Of a DNA stretch of 64,000 bases, positions 50,101 through 64,000 are shown piece by piece (the stretch's first letter is position 1; each line of letters opens with the position of its first letter). This stretch comes from Ramazzottius varieornatus (Eukaryota > Animalia > Tardigrada), in assembly GCA_001949185.1 (NCBI GenBank), contig BDGG01000004.1:3231267-3295266 (forward strand), given 5' to 3'. Made by a program: the position numbers and the translations under genes. The notes under the pieces were generated by a model. The model saw only the letters and a list, made by a program, of their open reading frames with translations, was not told the DNA's origin and did not search any database.

Positions 50101-53100
50101 GGCTTCCTAAACGACAGAGATTCAGTCTTAAAAGTTCCACAATCGAGTGGTGTACGGAAGACCCTGCTTCCGCTGGGAGACAAGTGCAAAGTGAGCAAAG
50201 CAGGCGACGATGGATAAAACGACGATAGCTATTTTCGGGCGACGCTTCTTCATATTTCTTGGCTGTGTGTTCTTCGCTCTTTGGAATGAAGTAAGAAGTA
50301 CTTTCTGATGGACGCAAAGGAAACACGAGCTGCAAGACAGTCCAAGAGCCACTCATACGAGGATGATAAATCGGATATTATGCCTACCGCCACTAACTAC
50401 TATAGACAAGGGAAGGCATCTGACAGAGGGAGCAGTCACAAGTTCTCTAAAATTAGAACGAAAAAAACTTCGAACCCAGCACATTTTCCGTAAAATACGG
50501 TGTTGCTCATCGCGCGAGCCCTTCGCTGCCGCAGAAAAACAGCTGTTGAGTCTGGCTGTTCTGGCCAAGCTGAACCAGTAAACCTGTATAGCAACTCACA
50601 CTTCATGCATACGGTTTTTTTAATAACGTAAGACTATTACATGCTCCCCTAGTCGAAAACACTGCAAATCGCCTGCCACTTGTCATGTCTAGATGTCTAT
50701 CACGCCGCCTCAATCCAAGACCTGAACGCAGTGTACAAACTGTGAAGGCCTCTCTGCGCGCTGTGACGTCACTGCGAAAGACCTCGCTGCCTTCCGGCTT
50801 CCATGAATCTGTCGGTCTTCCCATTTACTGCATACTTCCTGATAGAAGCTTTTCTTCTGCAACCCAGAGTTACATAGTTTCCTGCTCACTAGCCTGGCTC
50901 GCGATGTCAGACAGTACGAGGTTTAAGCCTAAGACTTAGTAGAAAAAAGGGAAAGAAAGTTAATCGAAGCAAGTCAGCGGAAAAGCAACACACTCAGCCG
51001 TCTTTTCCCGCGGCTCCACTGATAAATAACCTTGGCGATGGAGACGTCACGAACAGTACAAGAAACTCCACGACAAGTTAATATATTGGCCAATTTACTG
51101 CACAGAAAAAATCTCTGCCATGAGCAATCGTGGTCTACAAGCTTACCTGCTGTGAGTGCCTGATTGGCGTTCATGGGGCTACTCGAGGGAGACGGTAATC
51201 CGGCCGATCGATGTGTTGACATCACAGAGAGAACCGTTCCAGGCAAGTATCCTTCCAACACTTTGCCCGTTCCCGAAGAAGAGGAGGCAACTGCACTTGC
51301 AGCCAGGCTGTTACCCGATTGACTGGAAGGAACCAGACTGGCCCTGTGGGACTGTAAATGGCGGGGAGTGGGGCCACTGCCGCCGCCGCCGCCGAGGCTC
51401 TTGATACGGACGAGATAGAGGTCTTGCTTGGAGGAGGACATACGATCGACAATCTCCACGCATTCACCCTTTTGTACCGTCAACTCCCCATCGTGAATTG
51501 CCTCGTAATTGTTCGTTACGGTCGCCCATTCGCCCTGTAGAAAAAAGAACACTTTTGTAACGGTATGGTACGCCTACGTAGATCCTATGGGCTTTAAAGT
51601 ATAGTCATAAGACCGCGCCTCAGATTGTAACGTCAGCCTCATTATGTCGTTTCGCTTCTATGGGCCAGAACCATGATGGATCCACCATCGACTGTACATG
51701 ATACGTTTACGTATGCATCTCGTGTTCAAACGAGAATAGCTTATCCCAAACTTGTGGTGGGTGTAGGGCCACCAAAAAGCCTTCACAAAAGCACGCCAAA
51801 CCAGTGTCATGGATTTTTGACAAAGGACGCCATTAGAAAATCAAGAGCTTTAATCTGCAACCTTAGTTTTGACAGATTCTGCTTTTCTCCAGGCATCTCA
51901 ACTTCCCGGTCACCATTGTACATGCCTCTATGGTCTCGTAGAGCAATCAATTCCAGAGACCTAAGTTCAAAGGAGTACGATATATCATCACACGATCTGC
52001 TGGGTCTTCGCCACTTCATCAGTGAAACCAATTTCGGAATAAGGATCCGTTTATCCATGAGGATAGCTTGTGAAAGAATTGACTATGGATTTTCACCCGC
52101 TGAGGGGGAGCCGGAGAAGGACACACTCAGCTGCATTAGCTGTTAAAAAAGTCTTACAGATCTAATACGCCTCTTGCGGACCTATGATATTAATGTAACG
52201 AGAATGACTAATGGTTCGAGCTACCCTGCAGAGAACCATTTACTGGGTCAAATAATGAGATGCATGTGGCTGGCAACAGAGATGATTGCGGATCGTAAAC
52301 GAGCCTTCCTTGCACGAAGGCAGGGCCTTTGAGAAACCCATGCACTTGATACCGAACAGAGTGCACCCGTACGGAAACTTCACACCTCAAAAAAGCAAGT
52401 GAATGCAAAACAGCTTTCATCCTACACAAGAAAGCGCCTGTTCTTGTTAGTCTCACTATTTCATACCTTATGGATCACAGTACGCTTCCTACGCAAGCTG
52501 AGTATCCGCATCATGGCAACTCAAAGTACCAGGAAGTTCGCTCAATAAACTGCCAACGATCAGATTGGCGATGGGCGACTAGTAATTCATATTCAAAGCC
52601 ATAAGGCTAATCTACATTCAAACAGCAGCGGCATCCTTGGCTGTATCCCATAAAACAATCATCGTGATGGGTCATAAAAGACAAATGGACATCGATCTTC
52701 CGGTAGCAATATCACAAGAAGCACAGCTTGACCCATGCTTCACGAAAGAAGAGCTTTCAAATTTTCAAATAGTGCAACAAGGAATGACGCTGTGCCTGTT
52801 GGCAAACAGGGTATGTAGACAAAGTGCTGAAGTACAAAGTGGGATTTGAGACAATCGAGTCAAAGTTAAACGTATCAATCTCCGGGGCTACGAAAATCGT
52901 TAACGTGTATGCATAAAATGGCGAGGCATCACAAGCGCCGTGCCTCCATCGGAGAGCGCTCAAAGGAAATCAATCACATAGTTGAGGTTGTACGTCATCG
53001 CAAGTTTAAAGTTAAGGAATGCGCAAACAAGCATAGATTCATTCCGGGCCACACAGGCGGATGTATTACAGCGAGGACTCAGCACGGGGACCAAGCAGTA

Positions 53101-56100
53101 CCATGACACCAGACATGCCAAGAGTTGGATATAGCACAGACACACCGGACTCAGCAGTACTTTGTGATGTCGCGGATCACGGCGGATCAGTCAAAGAAGA
53201 CCTGACAAGAGACAGGCATGCAGTACTTTGCTGGAGACCTCCAGCTGCATCATCAAAGTTGTAAAACTGGCTTGCGTTCCATCTACAAAGCACACAAGGA
53301 GCCAGTAATCAGTGCTGTTGGCTCCCTGTGCAACAACGTAGACTTGTTTGATCCAGCTTCTGAGAATGCAATAAATCATTGATGTGCACTAAAATGTTCC
53401 ATAATGGAAAGGGTGTGATCCTCAGACCTGGAACACCGACCCGCAACCTCAATTGCTGCCCAAAAGGTTACTCCCCATCGAGGATTGGATCATGCAGCCA
53501 AACGCAAAAGATCAAGACAATTTCAGGCGGACCCTCATAGTGTTGTTTCTACCAAACTTTGCAAAATTATCCTCCCGTATTTACCGAAATCACACTACCA
53601 GAACCCACACACTCCCGACGTTGCGTTTAAAGACGCATAAACGTGCAGCAGTAAGCCCAATACGATATTTAAGACTGAATAGTAACGCAGCTGCCACACA
53701 GATCTGGAAGAATCTGAATTAAATTTACCACCAAGAACGAGATCAAGCTGAGACTTGCACGAGCTCGGGGCTCGTTACCCATCACAGTCTTAGGTTTACG
53801 CGTTCCATAAGAAATTCTGGTGAAACTCATCGAAATTTGTAAGTCAAGTATCAAAGCATACTATTTCTCCTCCAGGACTATTCTTCAAAAAGGGTGCTAA
53901 TTCAGGAAATGGCTTACCTCATGTAGAACTTTGTCGCTGTCGGTAGTGTTGGAGGAGCTTTGTGAAATGATAGAGTAGCGTTCATGCGAACTACCGGCTT
54001 CTTCTTCCAACGACTGGCTATCATCGAAGTCTCGACTAGTGCGGTTGGAATCCGGAGCGGTACGCGAAGACTTGGTGCGAAGAGAGATCGCGTCGACGAC
54101 AGACGAGTTGGCCAAGCTTTTCACGTCCTCCAGCTTGGTTATCCACGCCTCTTTGATATCTTTACTCAAAGCTCGCAGCAAATACTTGGATTCCGGAGCA
54201 GCCTGGTGGAAGTGCGGATGCCGGCCCCATCCGATAACGAAGCTCAAATCAGGGTCTTTGTCCACGTACTTTGTCAGCACCAAGCCCGCGGTCTGTCAAC
54301 AAGAAAATACTGTGCAAAGTCTTTACGCCATTAAAAATGCTGTGTTTGAACAATCATCGATTCCGCTACGTACCGCTAATTTGAACTTGAAGATAAACTT
54401 GGGGTCTTTCAAGCCTTCCCCTATCCGTTTAGCGAAGAGTATGGCCAGCTCGAAAAGGAACACTTGACGCGGATGTTGCTTCGTCAAAACGCGGGCAGGC
54501 TCAGAGACCTGAAAGAAGTCCGTCGCGAGCAGTTCACCAAGCTGTTCCAATGGTTCCTGAACATACAAACAGCATAATCAGTCGATTGGGACAAAATTCT
54601 TCCGAAATGTCAGCGGACCGAAGTAAAACAAATAAAAAAATTAAGAGACTACGTATTCGATAAGTGCAATGTTTTCATCAGGCGTGATACCAGTTCGCGC
54701 TTTTCCACACCATAGCAGTGTGAGAAGACTTACGGGGTATCCTTCTAGCCGACTCAAGTTGATCGCGTCGTTAGCTTTCCGAGGCACATCTCGCATCATG
54801 TCCAGTGCTTCCTGAATCTCCTTTCGTTCATCCGCGCAGGTCTTGACTAGTTCTTTCAACAGCAAGCTGTACTTCGTGATACGTTGAACTGGCTTGATTA
54901 GGTAGGATGCAATGGTATTGTTAGCGGGCAAGCCGTAGCATTCTTTCAGTTTCTATATGAAACAAGAATGTTAGGCTAACCGTTCGTTTATTTATGCGCG
55001 GGTAGTGCCTCGCAGTACTCCAACCTCAAAATATTCGATCGCTGTAGGCTCCACCATCCTGTCAGTTGCCGTAGGCTTGTTTTTGCAGTACTCGACGTAC
55101 ATGTCAAACTCCCCAGCCCACGCCAAGAAGCAATGAGCCACATCTTCTGGAACTTGCTCGTACTTCTGGAGTTCCTTGAGAAAGACTCTACAGCAAGAAC
55201 GACAATCAGTCACATGATTGACTAGGCAGATGATCGCTTGAATAAACCTGAACCGTTGCCCTCGGGCGATACTTACTTGCTGTGGAAGTCATAAATTTGC
55301 TCAACGTTCCCGAAAATCACGGGTAAACGGGGTACCAGGTCCTTAGGTGGAATTACACGGGGATGCTTCTCATTCCGAACAAAGCACTGTGAATCACGCA
55401 ATCGGTAAATTTATCAAACATAGTATTACCGTGTATTGTGGATGTATTTTAACATCGATATGCAAGCTAGATCGCTTACAGTGATGCACTCCCGAAGGTC
55501 GTTCACGTACGTCTGTTCCGTATCCAGCAACTCTTTCATTATGTGCCTAACACAGACAGTTAGAAGACTGGCCACAGTAGTGCGATAAGGGATAAAAGAT
55601 ACGTACTTTCGCTGGGTCAGTTTTTTTTCTTCTTCGGTTTTGGGTGCCCCGTTGGCCACGAACTCTTGCAGCTTGCCTTCCAGAGAGCTGTCGCTATTGC
55701 GATCCATCTGCTTAGTGGAACCGTTGCCGACTACGCGCTCTCCTAAATGCTGCTTGTAGACCCTCATGCGGTCCATGAAGTCTTTCTGCCTAGTTTCCAC
55801 TTGAGACACCCAGTACTTGATACGATCCACATGACAGTCTTGGCCATTCCTAACCATGCTGTCAGCCAGCGAAATCAAGAGCTTGATCTTTTCTTTATTT
55901 TCCTATAAAACCATAAACTGCTTAAACCGAACCGTTCTCTGAAGGTTAATACGTACTGCAGAACCTCTTTACCTCAGCTCGTTCTACGAATATCCTGTGC
56001 TCAGCAAGCAGCTTTTCGTGGGGTGTATTCGAGTTAGAAACAGGCTCTCGAGTTGACAAGTAGCGTTCTCCGGTATCCTGGATCCATGCTATGGCTTGAC

Positions 56101-59100
56101 GAGCGCTCTTCTCGACTGAAAGAAACCAAACTCTCGATTTAAAATCAATTCTTGAACTCTGATGATTGTTCTTACCCATCAGATAGTTTTTGCAATGATC
56201 AAAGCTAGGTCTTCGAGTTGTCCATTTCTGCATGACGCTACTTTCCTGCTGACGTATAGTCTCTAGTACAGCTAAAACCACAGCATAGAAGGTGAAACAA
56301 TGGTCAAAGGGAGATGAGGACCAGATCATGAAACACTTACCTCGCACGGTGTTCTTGACTGCAGCTTCCGTTTGGGAATACGAAGGCTCATTGTTGTTCG
56401 CTCGGGTGAACAAACGACCCATTCCTTTCTGGAAAGATTCCGAGTTCTTCCGGACGGTATTACACAACTGTAAAAGAGAATATGTAAGGCGCGAAATATT
56501 ATATTTGTTTCTTCATTGCAGTGCACACCTTCATAAAGGTCTCTTTCTGTCCGTGATGGCGATGTAGCAGCTCCATAACTGACTCCAACGAAGCGTCAAG
56601 CTCATTGAATCTCTTCAGTGTGCACCAGTCTTGGTCTTCGTCGTACTCCTTTCGCAAACCGGCCAGCATACTTAAAACCTGCAACGAAAACGATAAACCA
56701 CATCAAAGACAGGTCAACAGGACGCAAACCTTCATAAAGGTGGGAACAAACTAAGAAAATTCGATGTTCTATTTTTGGTTACATATGGCTTTCGTTCCTT
56801 ACCCGTTCAGCGAACTCGAAGAACGCTCGTCCAGACTTGATCGTTTTCACCAGCTCATTGGAGTAGGCCTGTAGGTTTTCCCACTGAATAGTCAGCTTCT
56901 CCCTGAGACGAGAAGCTTGGTCCGCTCTATCGATATCGTTATGCTCGATCTCTTCGGCGCAGTGCTGAATCTGCTGGACTGCATTATGGACCTTGCGAAC
57001 GCCCTCTTCGATCCCCATATACTGCCTCAAAACATCGTCGCAGTGGTCGACCGACAACAATGTGAGACGCAACGACTGAAGCATTCGGTAATATGACTGA
57101 ATGTACACCGACACTTGCTGAACCCGGACTTCGCAGTCGTGCATGCGAGTGATCACTTGCAAGTGCAGCCTGTACATTTCAATGTCTTCCGCCAAAATCT
57201 CTTGTCTCATGGTCAATTCTTCATCAATGTGCGTCACCTGCGCACACATGGCTGGTACATCGATCACCTCAGCGACTTTACTCGACTTGCCCAGAAACTG
57301 CAACAGGTCGCCACCACGGTTGAAGGCCTGCTGGATGTGCTCGTCGAACTCAGAGCTTCTCTTATCAAGACCCTGAAGTTCTTGAACAGCCATCTCGTGT
57401 GTCAGTGTCCTCTGTACTTCCTTGTCTCGATCTCTGTCCTTATCTTTTTCATGATGCTCCGTAGTCCGTTCTTCCACCAGTGCCGACCAGTCATCTATTT
57501 CATGGATGATCTCCATGGCACTGCGCTCGAACGTCCTCAGCTTGTAGAATACTTCCAGTTTGAGTTTGCGGGGTTCCCAGGCTTGCTCCAGAGCTGCTCT
57601 GTTTTCCGAGATGTTCCGCAACGTGTTGTCTATGTAGTCATAGTCCGGAGAGTGAGCCATCCCGCAGTTACTACGATTGGAGTAATCACACATAATCCCT
57701 TTTCTGACTATACGAGACAGAGTCCATTACAGATGTGCTTTACGAATTTGTACCTCATTTGGCGAAGGAGAGAATGGCCTTCGTGTTCAGTATGCGTGCA
57801 GCAGTCGACCACAGCTTGCCGTTCCTGGTTCATCCTATTCAGCGCTTCCACGGTGAGCTCCAGAGTATCCGTATTGGGTTCCATCGATAGTGACCGCTTG
57901 GCTCCTTCGAAAAGCGTTGTCAGCTGCAAGGCGAACGATACAACATACAGTAACAATATCATGAAGGATTAGAGAAGACAAGCCAGAAGCGTACAAACTT
58001 ACGTTGGACAGGCGCTCGTAGAAAGTACAAGCCGTCTCCAGCAAGACCCTTCGAGTGGCAACCTTGGTCTTGAACTCATCTGTGCGCTTTCCCAGCTCCA
58101 AAGAAGTGATTTGAACATCTTCACCATTCAGTCGGTTCGCGGCCTCCATAAGTTTAGCCGCGTTCGAGTACGTGTTCTAAACAGCGAAGAGAAAAATTCC
58201 ATTAACCTGAGTACTAATTATTTGTCCAATTTGAGAAGGATCGCGATAAATTAGACGACCTTTCAAGAGAATACAAATTTTGCAACATTGGAAACTTTCT
58301 CAACTGCAAGCAGTGAGTAATGGAATGCGATCTCAAGTGTCAACCTGCTGTGCTAGCCCATGCACAGGCGCAGTAGCAACATCGCAACTCCATAGCGAGG
58401 TATAAAACTTTACGAGGACGTTAAGCGAACATTTGTTATCGTTTTCCGACAGTCTTAACCGATTTTCCGTCACATCATATTTTACGCACCTTGGCTCTGC
58501 TTTCAAACTCAAGATGACTTTCCTTCAACTTCCGGGCACTCATCAGTGTTCTTCCAACTTGAGCTGTTTTCTCCAGAAATGGATTTCCCCACTTTTCGAT
58601 CCAATCAATCACCTGTAAAAGTGATTAAATACATACACACAGGAAACTCTCCTCATACTGACTCAACCTTCCTCACCTGTCGGACGTCATCATTAAATAG
58701 CCGCAACTCAAACTGGTGATGTAGCTGCCGTCTTTTGAGCTCCAACCGTTGCTTGAGAGGACCATACTGGTTCTGCACTTTCTTGAGGACATTCACCACA
58801 TGCGTCGAGGCTCTTGTGAAATCCGCAGCAGACAGAGTACTCTTGATCAAGCTGTACCGTGGGGGTCTGCTTAGTTTCTCGTGCAGCTGGGTTGTGCTAG
58901 CACACACCTTCAAGACGAAACCCCGATCACACAGAAGCAGTCACGACTTGTGGGCTGATCGTACTATACCTCAGCATTCGCTTGATCAAGGGACTTTTCC
59001 ACGCACTTATGCTGGCCTATGAGGGCCTCAATCTCAGTGTTGTTTAGGGCTTGACAGTCTTCGGCTTCGCATGCCGCATTCCAGATGGACAAGTTGTGCG

Positions 59101-61953
59101 CGAACTACAAAAGAGATGATTGTACGAAAGACTGTCCATACGAACACGAACTAACTTGACATTACATTCTGGCTGCGAGAGCTATTTCGCCTTACCTCAT
59201 CAACTTTCCGGTGGAATACGGAAGACAAGGCGAGAACTGCGGTCCGTTCCTTAAGACCCAGCGAAAAGGCTTCCCGTTCGTGCTTCAGCCTATCCATATA
59301 CTGTTTCACAACCTGAGCGGCGTAGTTGCCGGAGCTCAACAGCTTGGAAGCAAAGTCCAGCGCACGATCGACATGCTGGAACAAATCCTAAAAACACCCC
59401 CGTTTACTCGGCCCTAGCCACTTCGTACCTCCGAGAGGTCTCCTCCCAGAAGATTGCCTATCACTTACCATGCAGCCTATCTGGAACTGTTCGTGCAACT
59501 TTTCGAGTTCTTGTACATGATGAAAAGAAGCTCCAATGTCCGAATAGCTCTTCAGCAGCTGCTGGGAGTTCTCCCCTAAGCATATCAGAACCTGCAACCA
59601 ACATCGAACGGTTAAAAAGAACGGTCTCGGTTTGCAAGACAAGCTGTATCCTACCTGATCCGCTTGGTGCTCAAAACACCGTAGTTGTCTGCAGTACTGC
59701 AGTCTCTCTAAACGAAGAGCCCACGCTTGGTCCAGCTGGACACGACAATTATGTAACCTGTCAACCTGCTGTTTCACCCGAATCAGCGCTGCCTGAATGT
59801 CCGGATTCTGTGCGGACCTCACACCGTTATGACCATTGGCTCCATTGAGGTACGGACTCTCCTCGTGGCAACCACCGAACTTTGGATCGAATCGTAAGAG
59901 TATCTTGGTTCCTTCATCCTCCATGGGCTCAATGGGATAGCGCGCCAACTGCTTCTTCAGCTCGTGATGCTGATTCATCATGGCTTCAGCAGCGTCGAAG
60001 GTGCTGGCTATCTCCGTGCTCAGAAGGCCTTTCCGATGAGACTCCAGCACGTCGAGCAGCTCCATGGCTTGACCCAGGAAGACCTCGATTGTCTTTCTCA
60101 GATTTATCCATTCTTCGTGCTTGTAATACAGGGTACCACCCAGGTCTTCCGTCAGCTGGTTCAGGTTGATGTGCTTCGGTAACTGGTCCACTGAGATAAG
60201 CGACATCTGCGAGAGCAATCGATCATCAAATTTTGGTGCCAAAAACTTGACAGGGGGTTCAACTCGAGAAAACTATGTGGAAGTATTTTAATGGGGTTTT
60301 TCGCACCTCGAATCCGTATTTGGGCTGTCCACCAGGTCCAGCCTTCGGACGGTGGTGAAAGTCGTCCGACTTGACGACATATACAACTCTTATGCTTGCC
60401 GGGAACGTCTCCTGGATGTTCCGCAGTAGGACCTTTGTGTTGTTCCACGTCGAAGAGCGCATATCAATGATGATGGTAAATTCATGACGCTGCACATCCT
60501 CGCTGCAAATGCCAACCGGTGTAACAGTACGGTTATGATTAATGATACACGGAAGTGCGAAAAATGGGTAAAAAACCTCGGGATTTGTGTCAGGTAGCGG
60601 AAAGTCTCCGAGAGCTCGTCGGCTTTCAGGCGATCCAAAGCAGCAGAATTTGCCGGGATCGTGAGAATGGCTCCACCTTGTCGATCTCGACCACCTAAAA
60701 TGTGAACCATGATACATACGGTGAATACTTATATACGCCCACCTTTCACCATCACAATGACCAAAGCAAACCGACGAGAACGTACCGGAAAGAAAACACA
60801 GCCGACGGCGAAGAACTTCGTGAAGCACAGCTTCATTCCGCGGTGTGACCACTGGACCTACAAAGAACACCAAGTCATGCTGACAATATGCAAAGAAGGT
60901 TCCCTGCGCTATAAAGTGTCTCCTACTCATCATTTCAGTCCTATTCAGTCTCTTCGGATTCCAATCAACGACTTTTCAGTGACCCGCACTACTGTACACC
61001 GCCACTAATTCCTTCTATTAGACGTATAATTATTTCGGCTTTGCCAAGTTGGGTCGTGTCAGCAACGAAACATTCGGCTGCATGGCACCTTTCTTGGAGA
61101 AGCTTTTGTCAGATGCAGAGTACGGGGGAATCGGGAACAGCGAATAACTCATTATCTCAGAGAAGCCATTCTTGCAAGTCAATGCGTGGCCCTTTGGGAG
61201 TTAATTTGATCGATAAATCTGATCAGGGAGGGCAAAATGGGTCCACACATCCTCTTCAGTGTTCAAGCTGCAGTAGCTTCCGGAAAACTTCAACTGGCGA
61301 TAATCAATAAAAATAACGTGCCGCTCGATTAACGCATCGTCAATAATTTTGATGCCCATTGTACTTAACCAGAAGATTTCTTTATGGCCGCTCTGCGACA
61401 ACATTAGGCAACCAAGTACAATGTGTTCTGTAATTTGTCCGTATTTGTCGCCAACCCGAAGCTTGCTGACACTGCATCATAGACAGACAGCGATTACTGT
61501 AAAATAAACTCTGAACAAAATCAAACTGGGTGGGATGCCACAGGCCAGAATCACCCCGTTTCCATCGAACAAACAGTCCTGTTCCACATAACGGGCTCAC
61601 AGCGATATTTGCCGGTTACTGAATGAGCAGGGATTGATTTTCCTCGTCCAAGCATATAGTTTCAGAACAGCTTTCCCAATGACTGGTCAAGCACCCAAAC
61701 GATACACTTCCCAGTGGCCCAATTAACAAAGTCTTTTTTTATTTTCGATCAATACTGGCTCGGTCCGAGCTGTACACACTTCGGAATTCTTCCCTCTTTC
61801 GAAATTCTGTGCTGACATACCTACATGCTTGAATGAGGTAATAAAGCACAGACTACTAGCAGAACTGCGGAAGAATGCCACATAACTTTACAACGACTCA
61901 GAACCTAGTAACTTACCGTTGTTTGGGTTCTGATGGTGACTCATTGTTGTCAT
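44178..61953 (-). CDS. TRIO: Trio/Kalirin/UNC-73 dual RhoGEF: Sec14, spectrin repeats, DH1-PH1, SH3, DH2-PH2, Ser/Pro-rich tail; no Ig or kinase domain seen
   Basis: Sec14 [17 protein letters not shown]...FTIIIDMR...[18 protein letters not shown]; spectrin repeats; DH1 [17 protein letters not shown]...[20 protein letters not shown]; SH3 [21 protein letters not shown]; [15 protein letters not shown]; DH2 [17 protein letters not shown]...[12 protein letters not shown]...[15 protein letters not shown]; PH2 ending [12 protein letters not shown]. Predicted first coding exon 61953-61917. Confidence 0.96.
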
Positions 61954-63222
61954 TATCTACGGTGGCGGCTCAGTCAGGCAGATGACGCATTGTAGATTGG
62001 TTGATTGAAGACGACAGAGCCCTTAATTAAGAATTCCGTAATTCATCCACTGGTCAAGACAACCTGTCAGGCCTGCATCTAGCGTCCGATTTGGTGACCT
62101 AACAAAGCGCACATGATGATGAGAGATTTCTACAAACAGAAGCATCGTCAACGTTCAGCAAGCAGGTAAGATATCGCCGTGACGGTCCACAAGTGCTGAG
62201 ACACACTCAAACGATTACTCAATGCAATTTTCCATAACGGATTCTTACCTCTTTGGATGTGCCTCAGGACTAGCTCAGAATCTCCTTCATCCGTGCTCGC
62301 TTTGTTGTAGACTAGTGCATTCGGTATCCAAAACATGGGTAGAATGTAGTAGTCCGATAGCCAAGTCATAAACCAATGAGCATCTATCTGAACTTCGCAA
62401 AACGAATTATACGAGTATTTTTGCTTTTCTCTGAAATTTTGACCCCTGGGGCGCCGAAGGGGCAGCTTAATTTAGCAGGCCAGCAATATTGCAAAGGTCA
62501 ACGTTAAGGGGGTGGCGGTGATCCCGGCCCGGCACGGTGGTTCTGCAGTGTATGACCAGAGAAGGCGCAATGGACAGTGGTCATGCGATGAAATGGCCAT
62601 CTCAGAAAATAACAAAGTTTCCGCCTAATGAGGCATTGAGTTCTATCTATCATCCCGCTTGCTGCGTGCCGAATGTATGAAATACTTTTACTGCACAGAC
62701 CTTTCCGGGTCGAGCCGTCGAGGGTCAGTGATCAATGATCGCGCATTGTTTTTGCCGGATGTTTCTCCATGGCTTCGACCGAGGACCGCGGACGGGCACA
62801 TCGGAAGCTGAAATTGCAGTCAAGTTTTGCCATCTGATAAAACCGGTGACCAGTTGTTTTACCACTACTTTGTCAACTTACTGAACCCACGGCGTCGAAA
62901 CTTCGTTTGACCCGTTCGCTGTACCGTACAAGCTATTCCGACCGGCGACGTCCAGATGTTAGGATTCAGACATTAAATCAACAAGGCATCCCGATAACAC
63001 TCTCATCGCTCAGACTTATGAATACACCAGCTGAACCATTTCCATCGACGGAATCATACTATATATGTATTTATTCCGGAGCTGTTGCAATAGCCCGACC
63101 GGCAACAGACCAAGTGAGTAACAAAACAATACCGCTCTGAACCAGTCACTAGACTGCAGTGGGTATCGTGCAGGACCCAAGAGCACGTTCCGCAAAACAT
63201 AAAACAAATAACAGCATGAAAC

Positions 63223-64000
63223 TTAGTGGGTTCTATGGTGCTTTAAAGTCTCAGCAGGTGTAAAGTAGAAAGTTCGAGAACATTTATCACAGAAATACTC
63301 GTTAGCCAAGGGATTACGAGGGGCGTCGTCTTCCGCTTCCACAAATGCACTCACATCTGCAAATGCATCCACTGGGCCATCACTTGAACGACTTTGGGGT
63401 GTAAATGAATAAACAGTACCTGAAGAAGTTCGCTCGACGCAGGAAACGAAATGTCTCAAGCGCTCTTCCACAGAGCCCGTAAAGTGCTCTTCGCACTTCA
63501 TGCAGTTCCAGTATATATCGTCGATAATTTTATCATCGTCCTTCATACTGAAACGCAAAATGGGATTACTGATCATCTAACATTTCATCGGGTAGTGAAG
63601 TAACGCCAGGATATACTGACCAGTTGTGTATAAGGTAAGAAGTGAGCTCCTGACCACCTTTGCGAGCTGACGTGGACCCAGAAGAGAAATCAGTCTCAGA
63701 AGACCCTGCACCAAAACTGGGTGATTTAGTATATATCTGCACAGTGCGAAACGTCGAACGACGTTGTACATACGGTACAAGGTCTTCAGGTCGGCAGACA
63801 TGAGTCTTTGCAAAGAATGAATCACATGAGTGGAGACGAAGTTGCACAGATGGCCACTAAGCTCCTTTTCCAATGCCTTGATGTTGTCCTGGGTCTTCCT
63901 CCCACTCTCCACAGCACTGGTTCGCGCTTCTACAGATCAAACATGAATATTAATACAGCAGCTAAAGTCTGGTGGTAATTAGTACGGAAAAACAATCTTG
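63223..64000 (-). CDS. DHX34: DEAH-box helicase DHX34 (SMGL-2, NMD factor), 3' portion only
   Basis: C-terminus KGGQELTSYLIHNC...YWNCMKC...ERLRHFVSC...YFCDKCSRTFYFTPAETLKHHRTH* matches the DHX34 tail (KGGYAVTDFLTYNC...WTCPHC...ERIAH...[20 protein letters not shown]). The gene continues beyond the window. Confidence 0.85.

Noticed and set aside
57115-57972. 285-aa plus-strand ORF
   Set aside because: Antisense shadow of the large Trio spectrin-repeat exon.
62430-62470. Sm-site-like AATTTTGA followed by a GC-rich stem
   Set aside because: Upstream sequence does not resemble U1, U2, U4, U5 or SL RNAs.
1-64000. Prokaryotic systems or horizontally acquired bacterial genes
   Set aside because: All identified genes are intron-containing conserved animal genes. 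No operons, CRISPR arrays or long intronless foreign ORFs were seen.

Overview
Gene-dense animal (metazoan) genomic DNA with roughly 45-48% GC (by eye) and short GT-AG introns, mostly 55-100 nt. The ORF track shows only exon fragments, so gene models were spliced by hand. The intron style and protostome-like proteins suggest a compact ecdysozoan genome such as a tardigrade; this is inference only. Eleven protein-coding genes are supported, in order: MRPS21(-), a divergent p53-family transcription factor with a C-terminal SAM-like domain(+), RIPOR/FAM65(-), a class III POU gene(-), DNAAF1/LRRC50(-), Rab11-FIP class I(+), DDOST/OST48(+), a TRIM-NHL RING ligase(+), PABIR/FAM122(-), Trio/UNC-73 dual RhoGEF(-, about 18 kb) and the 3' end of DHX34(-). 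MRPS21, the p53-family gene and FAM122 are barely visible in the ORF track. There are also at least three MITEs (one hAT-type with an 8-bp TSD) and an inverted-repeat cluster in the last p53 intron. The most interesting item is the p53 homolog. It appears to have a remodelled zinc site (the H179 equivalent is lost and an extra Cys lies nearby), substitutions at R175/C277/R282-equivalent positions, and sequence signals for SAM-truncated isoforms. No prokaryote-type systems, tRNAs or rRNAs were found, and no wholly new multi-gene system is supported.
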